Assembly: GCF_028368995.1 (NCBI RefSeq)
Contig: NZ_JAQNDL010000003.1
Span: 1,440,001-1,504,000 of the forward strand
DNA: 64,000 nucleotides
Source of the DNA: Nannocystis bainbridge
GTDB taxonomy: Bacteria; Myxococcota_A; Polyangia; Nannocystales; Nannocystaceae
Direction of reading: 5' to 3'
The first letter of the stretch is position 1. Each line of letters begins with the position of its first letter. The notes below the pieces were generated by a model. The model did no database searches. It was not told the origin of the DNA and saw nothing but the letters and a program-made list of their open reading frames with translations. Made by a program: the position numbers and the translations under genes. Below, piece after piece: positions 10,593 to 20,516 of this stretch.

Positions 10593-11927
10593 GTGGTAGC
10601 CCGGTCCAAGGTCCTGCGGATCGCCTCGATCATCGACGGCTTGGTCTGCGACGAGCTGCATCAGAGCGCAGCCGAGGCGGTGACCGCCGGCACCGACGTC
10701 GACAATCAGCTGCTGTGCTTCGGCCCCGCGGTGCCGAAGAGCCACGTCCTCTTCGTCGTGCAAGAGGGCCGCTACGTGCTCGACCTGCCGCCGCGCGTCG
10801 GCGGCCAGCTCGTCACGCGTGGGCGCTCGGTCAACCTGAATCAGCTGTGGCGCAAGCAGCTGCAGTCCGACCCGCAGGCTCGCAGCCTGCGGGTGACGCT
10901 CGACCCGAGCACGCGCGGCAAGCTCGACGTCGGCGAGACCACCCTGCTGTTTCAGTTCGCGGCGCCGGTCCCGGTCCCGCCCAAGCCGCCGTTCCCGGCC
11001 GAGTTCAAGGCGCGTCCGTCCAACATGTGGACGCGCTCCGACCTGACGACGCTGACGGTCGCGTTCTTGATGTTCGGGCCTTACTTCATCTGGGCCTCGA
11101 ACAAGCACATCGACTACACCATCGAGCCCGAGATCGACGAGCGCTTCTTGCGGGTGATGCAGCTCGACAAGCCCAAGAAGAAGGAGCCCGAGGAAGAGAA
11201 GCTGAACGACGACGAGGAGGTGCTCGCCAAGGAGGACGAGAAGCTGACGCCGAAGCCGGACAAGGTGATCGACAAGCCCGTGCTGACGCAGAAGACCTAC
11301 TCCAAGGAGTCGATGGACAAGGCGCGCGGCGTCGGCATCGCCCGCGTGCTCGGCACCTACGGCGGCGACGGACCCGGCACCGTGTTCGACGTCATCCAGG
11401 GCACCGAGAACAACCTCGGCGAGCTGTTCGCCGCCGGCATGACGGCCACCGTCCTGCCTGACGGCACCGTCGTCAGCCCCTACGTCCCCGGCGGTGAGGG
11501 CATCAGCGCGCAGGGGGCGATCGTCGGCACCAAGGGCTTCGAGGCCCAGGGCCCGGAGCTCGCCGAGCTCGAAAAGAAGGAGCGGAAGATCAACTCCTCC
11601 GTGAAGAGCTCCGGCGCCGATGTCTACGGCGACGCCGACAAGAAGGCCGTGCAAGCCACGATCCGCCAGCGCACCGGCGCGCTTCAGGCTTGTTATAACA
11701 AGGCGTTGCAGACCAACCCTGGCCTGGCTGGCAAGATCTCCTACACGATCACCATCAGCGTCATGGGCACCGTCACCGACGTCCGCATCAATGACGACAC
11801 CCTCCAGGACGGTGGTGTACAGACGTGCACTGTCGCCAAGCTCAAGGGGTGGCGGTTCCCCACCACGCCAGGGGCCGAGCAGGCTTCGGACGTGACCTTC
11901 TCCGTGGTATTTTCTGGAGGGTCATGA
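10593..11927 (+). CDS. GltG-like protein (N-terminal beta domain, TM, TonB-like AgmX/PglI C-terminal domain)
   Basis: RGKLDVGETTLLFQF; TM; C-terminal LQACYNKALQTNPGLAGKI...CTVAKLKGWRFP; GTG start inferred. Confidence 0.8.
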   Translation: MVARSKVLRIASIIDGLVCDELHQSAAEAVTAGTDVDNQLLCFGPAVPKSHVLFVVQEGRYVLDLPPRVGGQLVTRGRSVNLNQLWRKQLQSDPQARSLRVTLDPSTRGKLDVGETTLLFQFAAPVPVPPKPPFPAEFKARPSNMWTRSDLTTLTVAFLMFGPYFIWASNKHIDYTIEPEIDERFLRVMQLDKPKKKEPEEEKLNDDEEVLAKEDEKLTPKPDKVIDKPVLTQKTYSKESMDKARGVGIARVLGTYGGDGPGTVFDVIQGTENNLGELFAAGMTATVLPDGTVVSPYVPGGEGISAQGAIVGTKGFEAQGPELAELEKKERKINSSVKSSGADVYGDADKKAVQATIRQRTGALQACYNKALQTNPGLAGKISYTITISVMGTVTDVRINDDTLQDGGVQTCTVAKLKGWRFPTTPGAEQASDVTFSVVFSGGS

Positions 11928-12550
11928 GCACGTTTTCCAAGCGCGTCGTCCTTGCCTGGGGGTCCGCCACGCTGCTCGCGGCCAGCCCCGTCGGAGCAGC
12001 TCCTTCGACCAGCCCGGCACCTGCGCCCGCGTCGCCCGACGCGGGCGTCGCTGCATCTGGGCCTGCCGCCGACGCCGCCGCTCCCGACGCTGCCGCCGCC
12101 GCCCCGGCGCCGCTCGCCGCCGCCGCAGTCGGCAGCTCTCGCGGCAGCATCGAGCGCGGCATGACCGAACTCGGCACGCTCCTCACCCGCGCCCGGCAAA
12201 GCGGCGACATGGGTCGGACTGCGTGCGTCCAGGACAAGCACGACCGCGCCGAGATCGTGCTCGAGGTTGCGACCGGCGAGCTCTTGGTCTTGCAAGATTC
12301 GTCGGCCGATGGGCAGAGCCGCGCCTTTGCCGGCGAGAAATTGGGCGAGGCCGCCGAGCGAATCTCCGGCCTCGTCGGCCAGGCCAGGGCGTGTCAGGGC
12401 GATCAGGAGCAGAAGCGCAGCGACGCCCAGAACACCGCCAATCAGCCGAAGACGGTCATCCCCACCGACCCCACGTCGACCAGCGCCGGTGTCCAGCGAT
12501 TGCCGCCGCGCATCGACCCGCGCCCGCCCGTCGCCAGCCCCGTGATTTGA
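11924..12550 (+). CDS. Secreted helical hypothetical protein with two Cys
   Basis: ATGA coupling to gltG-like stop; signal peptide; CVQDK...ARACQG; ends ASPVI. Confidence 0.7.
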   Translation: MSTFSKRVVLAWGSATLLAASPVGAAPSTSPAPAPASPDAGVAASGPAADAAAPDAAAAAPAPLAAAAVGSSRGSIERGMTELGTLLTRARQSGDMGRTACVQDKHDRAEIVLEVATGELLVLQDSSADGQSRAFAGEKLGEAAERISGLVGQARACQGDQEQKRSDAQNTANQPKTVIPTDPTSTSAGVQRLPPRIDPRPPVASPVI

Positions 12551-12733
12551 CCTCGCTGCGTCGGACCTCGCCGTCGGTTTTTGGCCGGGCGGACTGGCCA
12601 CACGCGCGTCGGTCTGTCTCGTCGGGCGCTCCCCCGCAGCGGACAAGCCACACGGCGCTCGCGGTTCGGACTTGGCGCTCACAATTCTCGCCTCCGGGCT
12701 GAGATTCGCTAGGCTGTAGCCTCTCGCCTTCCC

Positions 12734-14140
12734 TTGCGCCGACTTAACCAGCCAGCCCCCCGGTGGGCTCTCCGCGGCCTCGTCGTCGCGGCGACGATCT
12801 GCATGGCCCTCTCGATCCGTCCCGCGCGCGCGGCCGGGGGGAACGCCACTGGCAGCCTGATCGGCAGCGTGCCGCGGACCGAGGACGGCGCGGGCATCAA
12901 GCTCGGCCCGCGATCGACGTTCCACCCCGGCTTCGCGCTGATGGTCGGCGGCGACAGCAACGTGTTCTGGAACCGCCGCGGCGACCACGGCGGCATTCGG
13001 CCTGCCGCCCTCGTCATGCCGGTCGCATGGCTCGGCATCGGCAACCGCGAGGTCCGCGACGGCGTGCTGCAGAGCGAGGTCGAGGCGCAGCAAGATCGCA
13101 AGATCGACTACAACATCCGCGTCACCGCCGGCTACCGCGCCTTCATGGCCCGCGCCGAGGAGATTCGTCGCCTCCCCCGCTTCAGCGTCGATCTCAACGC
13201 GCACCTCGTGATCGCCCCCGGGCGGCGCTTCAGCTTCAACATCACCGAGTTCTTCTCGCGCTTCGCCGACCCGCGCAACTACGACGCCGGCGTCGGCTAC
13301 AACTACAACCGCATCGACCACCGGCTCTCGCTCGGCTTCATCTATCGCCCGGGCGGCGGCCGCTTCAGCATCGGCGCCAACTACCTCAACGAGGTGTTGT
13401 TCTTCGAGGCCCCCGACGTCTACAGCGGCGACCGCTACATCCACGGCGCCGCCGCCGAGGTCAAGTGGCGCATCGCCCCGCGCTCGGCGCTGCTCGTCAA
13501 CTACTCGTTCGCCCACTCGTATTACTTCAGCTGCAACGCCAACACCGATCCCGACTGCAACGAGGACAACAACGCCCACCGCGTCTACCTCGGCTTTCGC
13601 GGCCAGATCGCCAGGCGCTGGACCCTCGACGCCATGGCCGGTTACGGCGCCGGCCTCTACTACGACGACGAGAACGGCCCCAACTTCCGCGGCTTCATCG
13701 GCGGCCTCCGGGCGGCCTACTACCCGACCCTGCGCACCCAGTTCTTCGCCCAGATCGATCGCCAGTTCAGCGACTCGCTGTTCGGCAACTACTTCCACGA
13801 CATCGCCGGCCGGATCGGCGGCCAGCACACCTTCCGCTGGAAGATGTACGCCGAGCTGAACTTCTCCGTCGTCGGTCGTCGCTACGCCGGCCTGCCGATC
13901 CCCGGGCGAGAGACCCGCATCCAGTCGTACGAGAACGCCCCCGGGTTCGTCCGCTCCGACACCCTCTTCGCCATCGGCGCCAGGGTGGAGCAGCCCTTCG
14001 GCCGCCTGTTCGTCGTCGGCGTCCGCTACGACATGATCGTCGACCGCACCGACTTCATCGCCCACTACGCCGGCGGTTTGACCGACTTCGGCGGCTTCTC
14101 CAAGCATATTGCCATGGTCCTCGGCGCCGTGAGATTCTAG
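12734..14140 (+). CDS. Outer-membrane beta-barrel (EpsX/ExoB/WzpB-type partner of OPX)
   Basis: Signal peptide; alternating aromatic beta strands; C-terminal Phe (LGAVRF); adjacent to OPX; start uncertain. Confidence 0.75.
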   Translation: MRRLNQPAPRWALRGLVVAATICMALSIRPARAAGGNATGSLIGSVPRTEDGAGIKLGPRSTFHPGFALMVGGDSNVFWNRRGDHGGIRPAALVMPVAWLGIGNREVRDGVLQSEVEAQQDRKIDYNIRVTAGYRAFMARAEEIRRLPRFSVDLNAHLVIAPGRRFSFNITEFFSRFADPRNYDAGVGYNYNRIDHRLSLGFIYRPGGGRFSIGANYLNEVLFFEAPDVYSGDRYIHGAAAEVKWRIAPRSALLVNYSFAHSYYFSCNANTDPDCNEDNNAHRVYLGFRGQIARRWTLDAMAGYGAGLYYDDENGPNFRGFIGGLRAAYYPTLRTQFFAQIDRQFSDSLFGNYFHDIAGRIGGQHTFRWKMYAELNFSVVGRRYAGLPIPGRETRIQSYENAPGFVRSDTLFAIGARVEQPFGRLFVVGVRYDMIVDRTDFIAHYAGGLTDFGGFSKHIAMVLGAVRF

Positions 14141-14158
14141 CGGCTGCGGCGTCTGCTC

Positions 14159-14770
14159 ATGCCCGCACCTCCACGCAGCGGCCTCTCCTGGCTCGGCTCC
14201 GGCCTCGTTCTCTTGCTGTCCTTCGGGACAGCTTGTGATCGCCCGGTCCGCACCCATGCCCCGGTGATCGCCCCGAGCGCCGGCCTGCGCCCGGGCGACG
14301 AGCTCGACATCCGCGTGTTCGACGAGGACCGCTTCAACGGCACCTACGCGGTCGCCGAGGACGGCACGATCGATTTCCCGATGGTCGGCGGCGTCGCGGT
14401 CACCGGCCTCACCAAGGACGAGGTCGCCCGTCACATCGAGACCAAGCTCGCCGATGGTTACCTCAACCATCCGCACGTCGTGGTCCAGATCAAGGAGCGC
14501 GGCAACCGGGAGATCAGCATCCTCGGCCAGGTCAACGAGGCCGGCTCGCTCGGCTGGCGCGACGGCCTCACGCTCGTGCAGGCCGTCTCGCTGGCTGGCG
14601 GCCTGACCCCCTTCGCCGCCCCTGCGCGCGTCAAGCTGACCCGCCGCACCGGCCGCGGCGAAGAGACCGTGACCTTCGAGATCTCCCTCTCGGCGATCGT
14701 CGACGGCCGCGCCGAGGACCTGGTCTTACGGCCAGGTGACATCGTGTTCGTGCCTGAGACCCGGATGTAA
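14159..14770 (+). CDS. Short OPX/Wza-family polysaccharide export lipoprotein (Poly_export + SLBB)
   Basis: Lipobox FGTAC; LRPGDELDIRVF; DGTIDFPMVG; AVSLAGGLTPFA; LRPGDIVFVP; no C-terminal OM helix. Confidence 0.9.
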   Translation: MPAPPRSGLSWLGSGLVLLLSFGTACDRPVRTHAPVIAPSAGLRPGDELDIRVFDEDRFNGTYAVAEDGTIDFPMVGGVAVTGLTKDEVARHIETKLADGYLNHPHVVVQIKERGNREISILGQVNEAGSLGWRDGLTLVQAVSLAGGLTPFAAPARVKLTRRTGRGEETVTFEISLSAIVDGRAEDLVLRPGDIVFVPETRM

Positions 14771-14780
14771 GCGAGGCCCC

Positions 14781-15383
14781 GTGAACCCTGTGCGCACCGC
14801 CCGTGTCGAGCGAGCCACCCGCGAGACCCAGATCACCGTCGATCTGACCCTCCCGTGCGACGGGCCCGCGCACCACAACATCGACACCCCGGTGCCGTTC
14901 CTCTCGCACATGCTCGAGGCGCTCGCGCGTCACGGCGCGATGCAGCTCGAGGTCCTGGCCCGCGGCGACACCCACATCGACGACCACCACACCGTCGAGG
15001 ACATCGGCCTCGTGCTCGGCAGCGCGTTCGACCGGGCTCTCGGCCCGCGGCTCGGCATCTTCCGCTACGGCCACTTCTCGCTGTGCATGGACGAGGTCCT
15101 GGTCGACGTCGCCCTCGACCTCGGCGGCCGCCCCTACCTCGTCTACGACCTGCCGGGCGTGGCCGGCAAGCGCGTCGGCAGCTTCGACTGCGACCTCGTG
15201 CGCGAGTTCTTCCAGGCCTTCGCCGTCCAGGCGCGAATGAACCTGCATGTCCATCAGCGCGAAGGTGGCAACGCCCACCACCTCGTCGAGGCCAGCTTCA
15301 AGGGCCTCGCCCGCGCGCTGCGTCAGGCCTGCGCCCCCGATCCATACGTCGGCGTGCCCTCGACCAAGGGCACGCTCGGCTGA
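14781..15383 (+). CDS. hisB: Imidazoleglycerol-phosphate dehydratase
   Basis: RATRETQI; FLSHML; DDHHTVED; MDEVL; NAHHLVEASFK; PSTKG. Confidence 0.95.
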   Translation: MNPVRTARVERATRETQITVDLTLPCDGPAHHNIDTPVPFLSHMLEALARHGAMQLEVLARGDTHIDDHHTVEDIGLVLGSAFDRALGPRLGIFRYGHFSLCMDEVLVDVALDLGGRPYLVYDLPGVAGKRVGSFDCDLVREFFQAFAVQARMNLHVHQREGGNAHHLVEASFKGLARALRQACAPDPYVGVPSTKGTLG

Positions 15384-15479
15384 CGCAGCTGCCACTCGCT
15401 CGGCGGGCGCGCGCTCACCCGGTCGCGTCCTCGCAACCATCGCCGCGGCGCGGATGACCCGCGGCCGCAGCACGCCCCG

Positions 15480-15983
15480 TTAATTCTTGCTCATCTGCGT
15501 CTTCTTGCTGCGGGCCTCGCCCTTCTTCTCGAACCCTGCCGCCAGGCAATCGCCGGGTGAGCCCGCCTTGGCGCAGGCGTCGGTCAGCGCCGCCTTGCAG
15601 GCCTCTTCGCTGCTGACCGCGGAGGACGCCTCGCCGTCGACCATCGGCGCGATCGCCACCAGCGTCAGCGTCGTCGAGTGGGCCGTCGGACCGCCGCCGC
15701 TGGCCGACATCGACGACTTCGTCATCGACCACTTCGACTCGTCGCGGCAGGAAGGGCGCTCGGCCTCCGGCAGCTTGGCGCACACGTCCGTCCACGCCGC
15801 CTCGTCGGCCTTGGCCGGGTCCTCGCCGTTGCCCTTGCCCGAGAACTCGCTGGCCTTGTTCGCCACCTGAATGCTGCAGCGGTACTCCGTCTTCGGGCCC
15901 TGCGGCTGGCTCGGCGCCGGCTCGCTGCCGCTGCCGCCGCCGCAGGCCGCGAGGCAGGCCGCCAGCCCCAGCACGGGCGCCAT
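15480..15983 (-). CDS. Hypothetical Cys-containing lipoprotein
   Basis: Lipobox CLAAC; six further Cys; convergent with hisB. Confidence 0.6.
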   Translation of the reverse strand: MAPVLGLAACLAACGGGSGSEPAPSQPQGPKTEYRCSIQVANKASEFSGKGNGEDPAKADEAAWTDVCAKLPEAERPSCRDESKWSMTKSSMSASGGGPTAHSTTLTLVAIAPMVDGEASSAVSSEEACKAALTDACAKAGSPGDCLAAGFEKKGEARSKKTQMSKN

Positions 15984-16072
15984 CGGGGTGCTCTTGCGCT
16001 CTTCTCGCATGCTGCGCCCATAGCACATCTGCGCGCGAGCCCGCCGCGATTCCTGCTATTTTCCGCCCCGTC

Positions 16073-17698
16073 ATGTCCGACGCACCCAAGCGCCCGAGCA
16101 CTCCCGACCCGCGCGCAGCCCTCGAACAACGCGAGCGGCTCGCCGACAGCTACGCCGGTCCGAACCTCGTGGCCGGCGGCGAAAAGGACCTCGCGGTGGC
16201 CGAGAAGGGCGCCGCCACGGCCGTCGAGCGCTTGCACAAGAGCGGCCGTCAGACCGCCCACGAGCGCATCGAGCTGCTCCTCGACCCCGGCAGCTTCGTC
16301 GAGCTCGACCGCTTCGTCACCCACCAGTGCCCCGACTTCGACATGCCGGGCAAGAAGGTCTACGGCGACGGCGTCGTCACCGGCCACGGCACCGTCGAGG
16401 GCCGCCCGGTGTTCGTGTTCGCCCAGCAGGCACCTGTCTTTGGGGGCAGCCTCGGCTGGGCCCACGCCATGAAGATCTGCAAGGTCATGGACATGGCCAC
16501 CACCGTCGGCGCGCCGGTCATCGGCCTCAACGACAGCGGCGGCGCGCGGATCCAGGAGGGCGTCGCCTCGCTGGCCGGCTACGCCGAGATCTTCAAGCGC
16601 AACGTGCTCGCGTCGGGCGTGGTCCCGCAGCTGTCGCTCATCCTCGGCCCGTGCGCCGGCGGGGCCGTGTACTCGCCCGCGCTCACCGACCTCGTCCTCA
16701 TGGTCGAGGAGAGCTCGTACATGTTCATCACCGGGCCCGACGTCATCAAGACCGTCACCCACGAAGAGGTCACCAAGGAGGCGCTCGGCGGCGCCGCCAC
16801 GCACAACGAGAAGAGCGGCGTGGCCCACTTCGCCTGCCCGAGCGAGGCCGCCGCCGCCGCGATGACGCGCGAGCTGCTCGGCTACCTGCCCTCCAACAAC
16901 ATGGAGGACCCGCCGCACCGCCCGACCACCGACGACCCGGCCCGCGCCACCCCCGAGCTGGCCGACTTCGTCCCCGTCGACGCCTCGCGCCCCTACGACA
17001 TCCGCACCATCATCCGCGCCGTCGCCGACGACGGCGCCTTCCTCGAGGTGCAGGAGCACTTCGCCCGCAACATGGTGATCGGCTTCTGCCGCATCGACGG
17101 CCGCAGCGTCGGCGTCGTCGCCAACCAGCCGCTCGTGCTCGCCGGCTGCCTCGACATCAACGCGTCGATCAAGGCGGCCCGGTTCGTCCGCATGTGCGAC
17201 GCCTTCAACATCCCGCTGTGGACCCTCGTCGACGTCCCAGGCTTCCTGCCCGGCACCGACCAGGAGTTCGGCGGCATCATCCGCCACGGCGCCAAGCTGC
17301 TCTACGCGTTCGTCGAGGCGACCGTCCCCAAGGTCACCCTCGTCACCCGCAAGGCCTACGGCGGCGCCTACGACGTCATGGCGAGCAAGCACATCCGCGC
17401 CGACGTGAACCTCGCCTACCCGACCGCCGAGATCGCCGTCATGGGCGCCGAGGGGGCCGTCAACATCATCTACCGCCGCGACCTCGTCGAGGCCAAGAAC
17501 CCCGCGGCCCAGCGCACCGAGCTGCTGAACAACTACCGCGACCTGTTCGCCAACCCGTACAAGGCCGCCGAGCTCGGCTTCATCGACCAGGTGATCCTGC
17601 CCGAGGACACCCGCCGCCACGTCTCCCGCGCCTTCGCCCTGCTGAAGAACAAGCGCCAGGAGAACCCGCGCCGCAAGCACGGCAACATCCCGCTGTGA
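16073..17698 (+). CDS. pccB: Acyl-CoA (propionyl-CoA) carboxylase carboxyltransferase beta subunit
   Basis: [10 protein letters not shown]; [12 protein letters not shown]; VDVPGFLPG; RKAYGGAY; KHGNIPL terminus. Confidence 0.93.
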   Translation: MSDAPKRPSTPDPRAALEQRERLADSYAGPNLVAGGEKDLAVAEKGAATAVERLHKSGRQTAHERIELLLDPGSFVELDRFVTHQCPDFDMPGKKVYGDGVVTGHGTVEGRPVFVFAQQAPVFGGSLGWAHAMKICKVMDMATTVGAPVIGLNDSGGARIQEGVASLAGYAEIFKRNVLASGVVPQLSLILGPCAGGAVYSPALTDLVLMVEESSYMFITGPDVIKTVTHEEVTKEALGGAATHNEKSGVAHFACPSEAAAAAMTRELLGYLPSNNMEDPPHRPTTDDPARATPELADFVPVDASRPYDIRTIIRAVADDGAFLEVQEHFARNMVIGFCRIDGRSVGVVANQPLVLAGCLDINASIKAARFVRMCDAFNIPLWTLVDVPGFLPGTDQEFGGIIRHGAKLLYAFVEATVPKVTLVTRKAYGGAYDVMASKHIRADVNLAYPTAEIAVMGAEGAVNIIYRRDLVEAKNPAAQRTELLNNYRDLFANPYKAAELGFIDQVILPEDTRRHVSRAFALLKNKRQENPRRKHGNIPL

Positions 17699-18154
17699 AT
17701 CGCACCGCCTGTCCCCAGGGACAGGCTCACCGCGAGCACCGTGCCCGCGCAACTCGGGGCGGGCTCGCCCGCGCGAACGACGAGCGCATCGTGCGTCGCG
17801 GCCTCCGAGCGAGCCGCCTCGGCCCGCGTGGCCATCGAGCGCATCCTGATCGCCCCGCATCGCGCAAGGCGCTCGCCTCGGCCCACGCAGACGCCGATCG
17901 CGTCGCTGCCCGTGACCCGCGAGCGCATCACGCGACCGCGCCACGCGCGTCGGCAGGGGATCGTCCTGCGCGCGCTCGCCCGACCCTCCATAGCGACTCG
18001 CCGAGCAGCACCCGCGCCAAGGCTCGCGCCCCCGCGAGCGAGCGAGCGCGCCAATCGTGCCCACGAGGCCGCCCCGGGCCAAGCGCCGCTCGCGTCCACG
18101 GCCACCTGCCCGGGCCTGAACCCGCGTCGCCGCAAAATGTGTCAAGCTCTCCGC

Positions 18155-18562
18155 ATGTCCCCGCCCCGCGCCGTCCTCGCCCTCGCGCTCGTCAGCGCGT
18201 GCGCACAGGCCGGCCCGAGCTCGCGGACCCTGCACTACATCGACAAGACCCTCGTCACCAGCGCCCCGGTCGACCACCGCGCCTACGGGGCGTACATGCA
18301 GGCCCGGATCGCCCTCGCCGCCGAGCCGCCCGACCTGGCCCGCGCGCTGCAGCAGATCGACCTCGCGCTCCGCTACGACCGCGACGACCCGCACCTCTGG
18401 ACGACGCGCGGGGAGATCGAGCTCCGCCTCGGCGACGTCGAAGCCGCCCGCCGCAGCAGCGCCCGCGCCCTCGCGTACGGCCCCAAGTATCCGCCCGCGC
18501 TCCAGCTCGCCGCCGATCTCCAGCTCCCCGGCGGCCGCCAGGTCGCCGAAGCCCGCCGCTAG
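18155..18562 (+). CDS. Small TPR lipoprotein
   Basis: Lipobox LVSAC; TPR-like LWTTRGEIELRLGDVEAA. Confidence 0.6.
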   Translation: MSPPRAVLALALVSACAQAGPSSRTLHYIDKTLVTSAPVDHRAYGAYMQARIALAAEPPDLARALQQIDLALRYDRDDPHLWTTRGEIELRLGDVEAARRSSARALAYGPKYPPALQLAADLQLPGGRQVAEARR

Positions 18563-18593
18563 TCTTCTTCCCCGTTCTTAAAAGGAAGAGACA

Positions 18594-18649
18594 TGTCCTC
18601 TGCGACATGCTTCCGAGGACATGCTCATCGGGACATGTCCTCGTGAGCA
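18594..18649. repeat. 14-bp-phased array of TGTCC-N4-GGACA-like units (4)
   Basis: tgtcctctgcgaca|tgcttccgaggaca|tgctcatcgggaca|tgtcctcgtgagca. Confidence 0.85.
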
Positions 18650-19335
18650 TGTCCTGATCGCGCCCCGACGAAGATCCCCGCCGCCAGCAGATCCTCCACC
18701 ACCTCGTCCGCGCCCCACGGCTCCGGCGCGCCGGCCAGCGCCGCCTCGATCGCCGCCAGCTCCTCGTCGATCGGCGTCGCCCGGCAGGCGTCGAGCTCGC
18801 CGTCTCGCCACACCACCGTCGCCGTCTCGCCGCGCACAGGCTCGGCCGCCCACGCCTCCTCGCCGAGCCAAGCCGCCACGTCCCACGACCCGCGCAGCAC
18901 CACCACCGACCTCGCCGCTCGCAGCGGCCCCTCCGCGCTGTCGCGCGGGTCATCCGGCCCGCTCTCGGCCCGCCACGTCGCCCACTCGAGCGCCGCCAGC
19001 TCCCCGAGCCACGCTGGCGACCCCGCCTGCCGGGCCACGAACTCGCCGAACCCCGCGGCGTTCTCGTTGAGCTCGAAGCTCTGCGCCGGCCGCTCGTGGA
19101 AATAAGCCTCGACCCACGCCGCCCACCGCGCCTCGCCCACGCGCACCATCACGGCCTCCCGCGTGCCCGCGTGGATGACGTCGATCGCGTCGCGCCGCAG
19201 CTTGCGGCACATCTCCGCGTACACCTGCAGCCCCTCGGCTGCCCCCTCGATCGCCAGCGACTTCGCCACCGTCGCCGCGTCCGCCGTCCCCTCGATCAGC
19301 GGCTGCAGCGTCGAGAACAAGCCCGCCAGCCGCAT
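18625..19335 (-). CDS. DUF2063 (HvfC/BufC-like) MNIO partner protein
   Basis: GLQVY...VGEARWAAWVEAYFHERP...GFGEFV...WLGELAALEWA; TGATG coupling to DUF692 gene. Confidence 0.8.
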   Translation of the reverse strand: MRLAGLFSTLQPLIEGTADAATVAKSLAIEGAAEGLQVYAEMCRKLRRDAIDVIHAGTREAVMVRVGEARWAAWVEAYFHERPAQSFELNENAAGFGEFVARQAGSPAWLGELAALEWATWRAESGPDDPRDSAEGPLRAARSVVVLRGSWDVAAWLGEEAWAAEPVRGETATVVWRDGELDACRATPIDEELAAIEAALAGAPEPWGADEVVEDLLAAGIFVGARSGHAHEDMSR

Positions 19336-20159
19336 CACAGCCCCTCCAGCGCCAGCGCCGACTCGCGGCGGGCCCGCGCCACCTCGGCCAGCAGCACCTC
19401 GACCGGCGGAAGATCGGTCTCCCACTCGACGATCGTCGGGATCGCCCGCCCCGCCTTGCGGATCGTCCAGCGATACAGCGACCACACCGCCTCCGGCACC
19501 GGCCCCGTGTGATCGTCGATCAGCAGCGACCCGCGCGGCCGATGCCCCGCCACGTGGATCTCCCGCACCCGCGCCAGCGGCAGCGCGTCCACATAGGCCT
19601 CCGGCGCCAGCCCGTGGTTGTGCGCATTGACGAGGACATTGCCGATGTCGAGCAGCAGCCCGCAGTCGGCCTCCTCGATCACCGTTCGCACGAACACCGG
19701 CTCCGCCAGCGCGTCGTCGGGCAGGCGCGCGTACGTGGCCACGTTCTCGAGCACCAGCTCTCGGCCGAGCCGCGCCTGTACCGCCTGCACCCGCCCCACC
19801 ACGTGCGCCGCCGCCTCCTCGCTGTGCGGCAACGGCAGGAGCGCGTGCGTGTAGCCGCCGCCGATCCGCCCGAAGCACAGGTGGTCGCTCCACCACTCGA
19901 GACCCAGCCCCGCGACCGCGCGGAGGAGCTCGTCGTCGAGCGGTTCGGGCCCGCCGACCGACAGCGAGATGCTGTGACCGACAGCGGGCCAGCGCTCGCG
20001 ACACGCGTCGAAGATCCGCCGCCGCCGCCCGCCGAAGCGGGCCCAGTTCTCCGGCATCACCTCGATGAAGTCGAGCGCCGGCTCGGCGGCCAGCAGCGCC
20101 TCTGCATATTCGTGCAGCAGCAACACCCCGACCCCGCCGTCCGCGATCGTCCCTTTCAT
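19335..20159 (-). CDS. DUF692 multinuclear non-heme iron oxidase (MNIO)
   Basis: DFIEVMPENW; GHSISLSVGG; WSDHLC; LENV; LLLDIGNVLVNAHN; IHVAGH; IDDH; IVEWE. Confidence 0.92.
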   Translation of the reverse strand: MKGTIADGGVGVLLLHEYAEALLAAEPALDFIEVMPENWARFGGRRRRIFDACRERWPAVGHSISLSVGGPEPLDDELLRAVAGLGLEWWSDHLCFGRIGGGYTHALLPLPHSEEAAAHVVGRVQAVQARLGRELVLENVATYARLPDDALAEPVFVRTVIEEADCGLLLDIGNVLVNAHNHGLAPEAYVDALPLARVREIHVAGHRPRGSLLIDDHTGPVPEAVWSLYRWTIRKAGRAIPTIVEWETDLPPVEVLLAEVARARRESALALEGL

Positions 20160-20228
20160 CGCAGTCTCACCAATGCCCATACCGCGAGCCGAGCCCGCGA
20201 CAGCCAACAATCCGGGGTGGGTTCAATC

Positions 20229-20272
20229 GGCCCTCCTCGCCCGCAGCGAGCCGCCCAGGCGCGAGGAGGGCC
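20229..20272 (-). other. Stem-loop between peptide gene and MNIO gene
   Basis: ggccctcctcgc ... gcgaggagggcc 12-bp perfect inverted repeat, 20-nt loop. Confidence 0.7.
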
Positions 20273-20324
20273 CGTATTTCCCCGGCGCGCCGATGCGGCC
20301 CGCCGGGCGCGAACCGGCGCGGCG

Positions 20325-20399
20325 CTAGCCCTTGCAGCTGCCCGCGCGCACGTTCGTCTTGACCTTCACCCCACCCTTGACACCCTTTTTCTTCTGCAT
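20325..20399 (-). CDS. 24-aa putative RiPP precursor MQKKKGVKGGVKVKTNVRAGSCKG
   Basis: ATG at 20399, TAG at 20327-20325; GGAGG 7 nt upstream; co-oriented and directly upstream of DUF692; one Cys near C-terminus; absent from ORF track because of size. Confidence 0.8.
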   Translation of the reverse strand: MQKKKGVKGGVKVKTNVRAGSCKG

Positions 20400-20516
20400 T
20401 CAAAAGCCTCCTGTAAAAGCCATTTTTAAAGCTAGCCGAGCCCCTCCGCACCGTCAAGGCGCGCCGGCGCACGATTCACGGCCGCATCCGCGCCGCGGCT
20501 GGTATCGTCATAGTCG

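Noticed and set aside
14781-15383. hisB as part of the polysaccharide export system
   Set aside because: Ordinary HisB; dispersed his genes are common and no functional link is evident
20167-20472. 101-aa ORF-track call upstream of DUF692
   Set aside because: Different frame with no RBS; the 24-aa ORF with GGAGG explains the region better
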